From a virus (taxonomy: Duplodnaviria; Caudoviricetes), in IMG/VR virus record IMGVR_UViG_3300006805_000037, positions 1 through 54,956 of that record: a stretch of DNA of 54,956 nt. The stretch is one strand, 5' to 3'. Position numbers and translations under genes: made by a program. Shown here piece after piece: positions 52,658-54,956 of this stretch (positions are counted from its first letter, which is position 1; each line of letters opens with the position of its first letter). Under the pieces are notes generated by a model, which worked only from the letters and a program-made list of their open reading frames with translations, had not been told where the DNA came from and made no database searches.

Positions 52658-53647
52658 CTAGGCGTCAAGTACGTCTAGCAAGTCGTCAACCGTTTTCAGT
52701 TCGCCGGGGTCCTTGAAGCGCCGGGGCAAGCTGAGGGCTTCGAACCTGAGCGCCGCGAGTTCGGCCGCTACTTTCAGCGTTGCCGCCAGCGTGCCCCGGT
52801 CCAGAAGGATAACCCGGCGCTTGAACAGCGGCGCAACGTCATGAAGCATTTCAATTTGGCCTTCGCTGGGCGATGCGGTGAAACAGCAAGTCGCGTAAAC
52901 GCTTTGTCCGCGCCCCAGCGTTCTCACCTTGAGCGCATCAAGCGGCCCTTCGCAAAGTACCAGAACATCGCCGCCGTCAAGAAGGTTGTCGTACCATAGC
53001 AAGTAGTCGCTGATAGGCCCGGCGGCCGGGTTATCTTCGTCCTCAGGGCTTAGCGTTTTGTACCTGAGTTCTTGGTCCGGGTAGATCGAACGCGCGGTCC
53101 AGCTTATCAGCTTGCCGCTGTAGTAAACCGGCAGAATGATGCGGCCCCGGTATTCGCCTTGCGTTGCGTAAGCCATCCCATGATAGCGGTTCATGCGGTT
53201 GACTTGCTGGCGGCTGTAGCCGCGTTCTTCCATCATGTAGCGAACGAACAGCCGCGACGAATGTAGCTCATCGCTCAGCGGCTTGAATTCTCGCGGCCAC
53301 CGAACTTCCGGCAAAGCCGTCTTTGCGGCCGGGCGAAGCTTTGCCATAACCGCGCCTATGAAGTCCTCAGGTATGAAAACGCTTTGGCCGACTATCGCCA
53401 TGGCCTGAGGAAGCGGGATGTTCAGAAGTTGCTGAACCAAGCGCGCGGGCCTCACGCCCCGGTGGGCGTCGTTGCGGTAACAGCGCCAGCCTTTGCCCGC
53501 CAAGTTGATGGTCATATGAGTGCTTGGGTCTTCAGACCCGCACATGGGACAATGAACTGATACGTGGCCCTTGGCTACGTTCGCGCCTTTCGTGACGTAG
53601 TGAATATGGTACGAGTCTAAGAAGCTCATCCAGTCAAACAAAGCCAT
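52658..53647 (-). CDS. DNA primase (zinc finger + TOPRIM)
   Basis: CPMC...H...WRCYR, RIILP, WTARS, LCEGPLDAL, KDPGE. Confidence 0.9.
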   Translation of the reverse strand: MALFDWMSFLDSYHIHYVTKGANVAKGHVSVHCPMCGSEDPSTHMTINLAGKGWRCYRNDAHRGVRPARLVQQLLNIPLPQAMAIVGQSVFIPEDFIGAVMAKLRPAAKTALPEVRWPREFKPLSDELHSSRLFVRYMMEERGYSRQQVNRMNRYHGMAYATQGEYRGRIILPVYYSGKLISWTARSIYPDQELRYKTLSPEDEDNPAAGPISDYLLWYDNLLDGGDVLVLCEGPLDALKVRTLGRGQSVYATCCFTASPSEGQIEMLHDVAPLFKRRVILLDRGTLAATLKVAAELAALRFEALSLPRRFKDPGELKTVDDLLDVLDA

Positions 53648-54102
53648 CCCCCACCATTTATAACCCTAAGTATTTGCGATTTAGAACATCCTAGGATTTT
53701 CTCAGCTTCCCGTATCGTGTATTTTTTTCCGCGATGCTTGCCAACATTCGCGCGCAGCCATCTAACCTTGACTTCAGTTAGAACCGCGTTCCCGTTTTTC
53801 GCTCCGCTTAGCCTAGCCCTTCGCCAGCGCTTCACGGACTCGTCAACGTTCTGTTGGTGCGTGCCCCTGAACAAATGCGCCGGGTTGCAGCATGGTGGAT
53901 TATCGCATCTGTGCCTAATGCGCCAGCGCCCAGCTTTCATTTTATGATGCAATTCCCAAGCATGGCGGTGCGCGTTTATTTGCGTACCGTCAACCCTAAG
54001 CTGGCCGTAACCACCAGCAACGGTCGCGCCAAGCCAAGGCCAGCACTCGTCGGGCTTACCCTTCTTGACGCGACTCCAGAACGGTTTAACTTTTGGTGCC
54101 AT
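53626..54102 (-). CDS. HNH homing endonuclease with C-terminal HTH
   Basis: ECWPW.G....GYG...AHR...RHRCDNPPCCNPAHL..GT...N. Confidence 0.92.
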   Translation of the reverse strand: MAPKVKPFWSRVKKGKPDECWPWLGATVAGGYGQLRVDGTQINAHRHAWELHHKMKAGRWRIRHRCDNPPCCNPAHLFRGTHQQNVDESVKRWRRARLSGAKNGNAVLTEVKVRWLRANVGKHRGKKYTIREAEKILGCSKSQILRVINGGGWLCLTG

Positions 54103-54481
54103 CTTTCACCAAATGAATGTAGCTCATGTTAGAAAGCGAATGCTGTTCCGAGGTTTCCGGCCACGCTTCGTTCGTCATCGTTATCAGGGTCTTGCTGTAG
54201 AGTCGGTTCGTTTCCTTATCGATGCTCAGAACCGAACCCTTGCTAGAAACGTTTTCCCAGTGGCCGGGCTTCCACTCGCGGCTTCCGTGAACCTCAATGA
54301 CATCGCCAACCTCAAGGCATTCCGCGTAAGTGAACAGCGGCCGGTCGTTCTTGACGGGGCGCTGGGGCCGCGCGGTACGCGGCCCCTGCCCTCGTTTCTT
54401 CAGCATCCGCTCAAGCGCGGCGTCTTGCTTCTTCTGCGAAACGCCTAGGCTGATGCGCTTCTTTGTATCCGGCCGCTTCAT
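54086..54481 (-). CDS. Hypothetical phage protein
   Basis: ATGA coupling with the upstream gene. Confidence 0.6.
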   Translation of the reverse strand: MKRPDTKKRISLGVSQKKQDAALERMLKKRGQGPRTARPQRPVKNDRPLFTYAECLEVGDVIEVHGSREWKPGHWENVSSKGSVLSIDKETNRLYSKTLITMTNEAWPETSEQHSLSNMSYIHLVKDGTKS

Positions 54482-54900
54482 TGCCCAGCCTCAAGAACGC
54501 GCTTCTCAAGGCGCGCGGTGTTTTCTTCCTTGGAGTCTTCAATCAGCCGTTCGGCGCGCTCAGCCGTCACCTTGAACCGGCTGACCATCTTGGCGACTGC
54601 AGTCTCTGGCTTGAACGTTGAACCGCCGCTTGTAACCTTGGCGGTGACTGAGAACTTGCCCGCTTCGTTGACGATATGCTGGCCTTCGCCAAGTTCGCGC
54701 ATCTTGTCATCGTCATCGACTACGCCTTCGGCTTGGGCCGTAGCCCACGCCGCCTTCAGTTGTTTGTCAGCGTATGCCTTCGCTTCCTGCCACTTTCGGA
54801 TTTCGAAAAGCATGGCTTCCGAATTCCGCCGGGACTTGCCGGTCATGGTGATTTCATCAAGGGCGATGCGTACACGCTCAGATACGGTTAGTTTTGCCAC
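54478..54900 (-). CDS. Hypothetical phage protein
   Basis: GTG start after AAAGGA; natural composition. Confidence 0.65.
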   Translation of the reverse strand: MAKLTVSERVRIALDEITMTGKSRRNSEAMLFEIRKWQEAKAYADKQLKAAWATAQAEGVVDDDDKMRELGEGQHIVNEAGKFSVTAKVTSGGSTFKPETAVAKMVSRFKVTAERAERLIEDSKEENTARLEKRVLEAGQ

Positions 54901-54956
54901 GGGGTCGTTCCTTTCTATTCTTCGAGGTCTTGGGACTCTAGATATTCCTCAACGCC

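Noticed and set aside
52387-52668. 93-aa minus-strand ORF between the primase and sigma-like genes
   Set aside because: Low-information Pro/Arg-rich sequence overlapping a promoter candidate and inverted repeats; more likely non-coding.
1-54956. tRNA genes, integrase/att sites, repressor, or base-modification enzymes such as thymidylate synthase-like hydroxymethylase
   Set aside because: None recognisable here. The genome continues beyond both edges, so absence from the phage is not established.

Overview
This window is most of a GC-rich, long-tailed (siphovirus-like) dsDNA phage genome. A GcrA homologue and CtrA-type TTAA-N7-TTAA boxes point to an alphaproteobacterial host. Apart from a truncated DNA methyltransferase at the left edge, essentially all credible genes lie on the minus strand. 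Read from right to left, the modules are: (1) replication/recombination (primase, sigma-like protein, beta-clamp, UDG-fused family A polymerase, clamp loader, SSB, RecA/UvsX, resolvase, SbcCD); (2) packaging (TerS, GcrA, TerL); (3) head genes (portal fused to a 2H phosphoesterase/Acb1-like domain, minor head protein, DUF2213 protease-scaffold, decoration protein, major capsid); (4) neck, collagen fibre and tail; (5) lysis; (6) small hypothetical genes. The most notable features are: a translationally coupled ATP-grasp + methyltransferase + three-glycosyltransferase cassette inside the head operon (candidate virion or DNA decoration system); four co-oriented copies of a CCGG-rich intergenic element 14-21 kb apart; the portal-Acb1 fusion; CtrA/GcrA cell-cycle links; a PolA with a substituted steric gate; and a mixed-charge EEDDEPPARSRR repeat shared by two proteins. 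No tRNA, CRISPR array, integrase or reverse transcriptase was seen. All protein calls come from motif recognition and gene order, not database searches.
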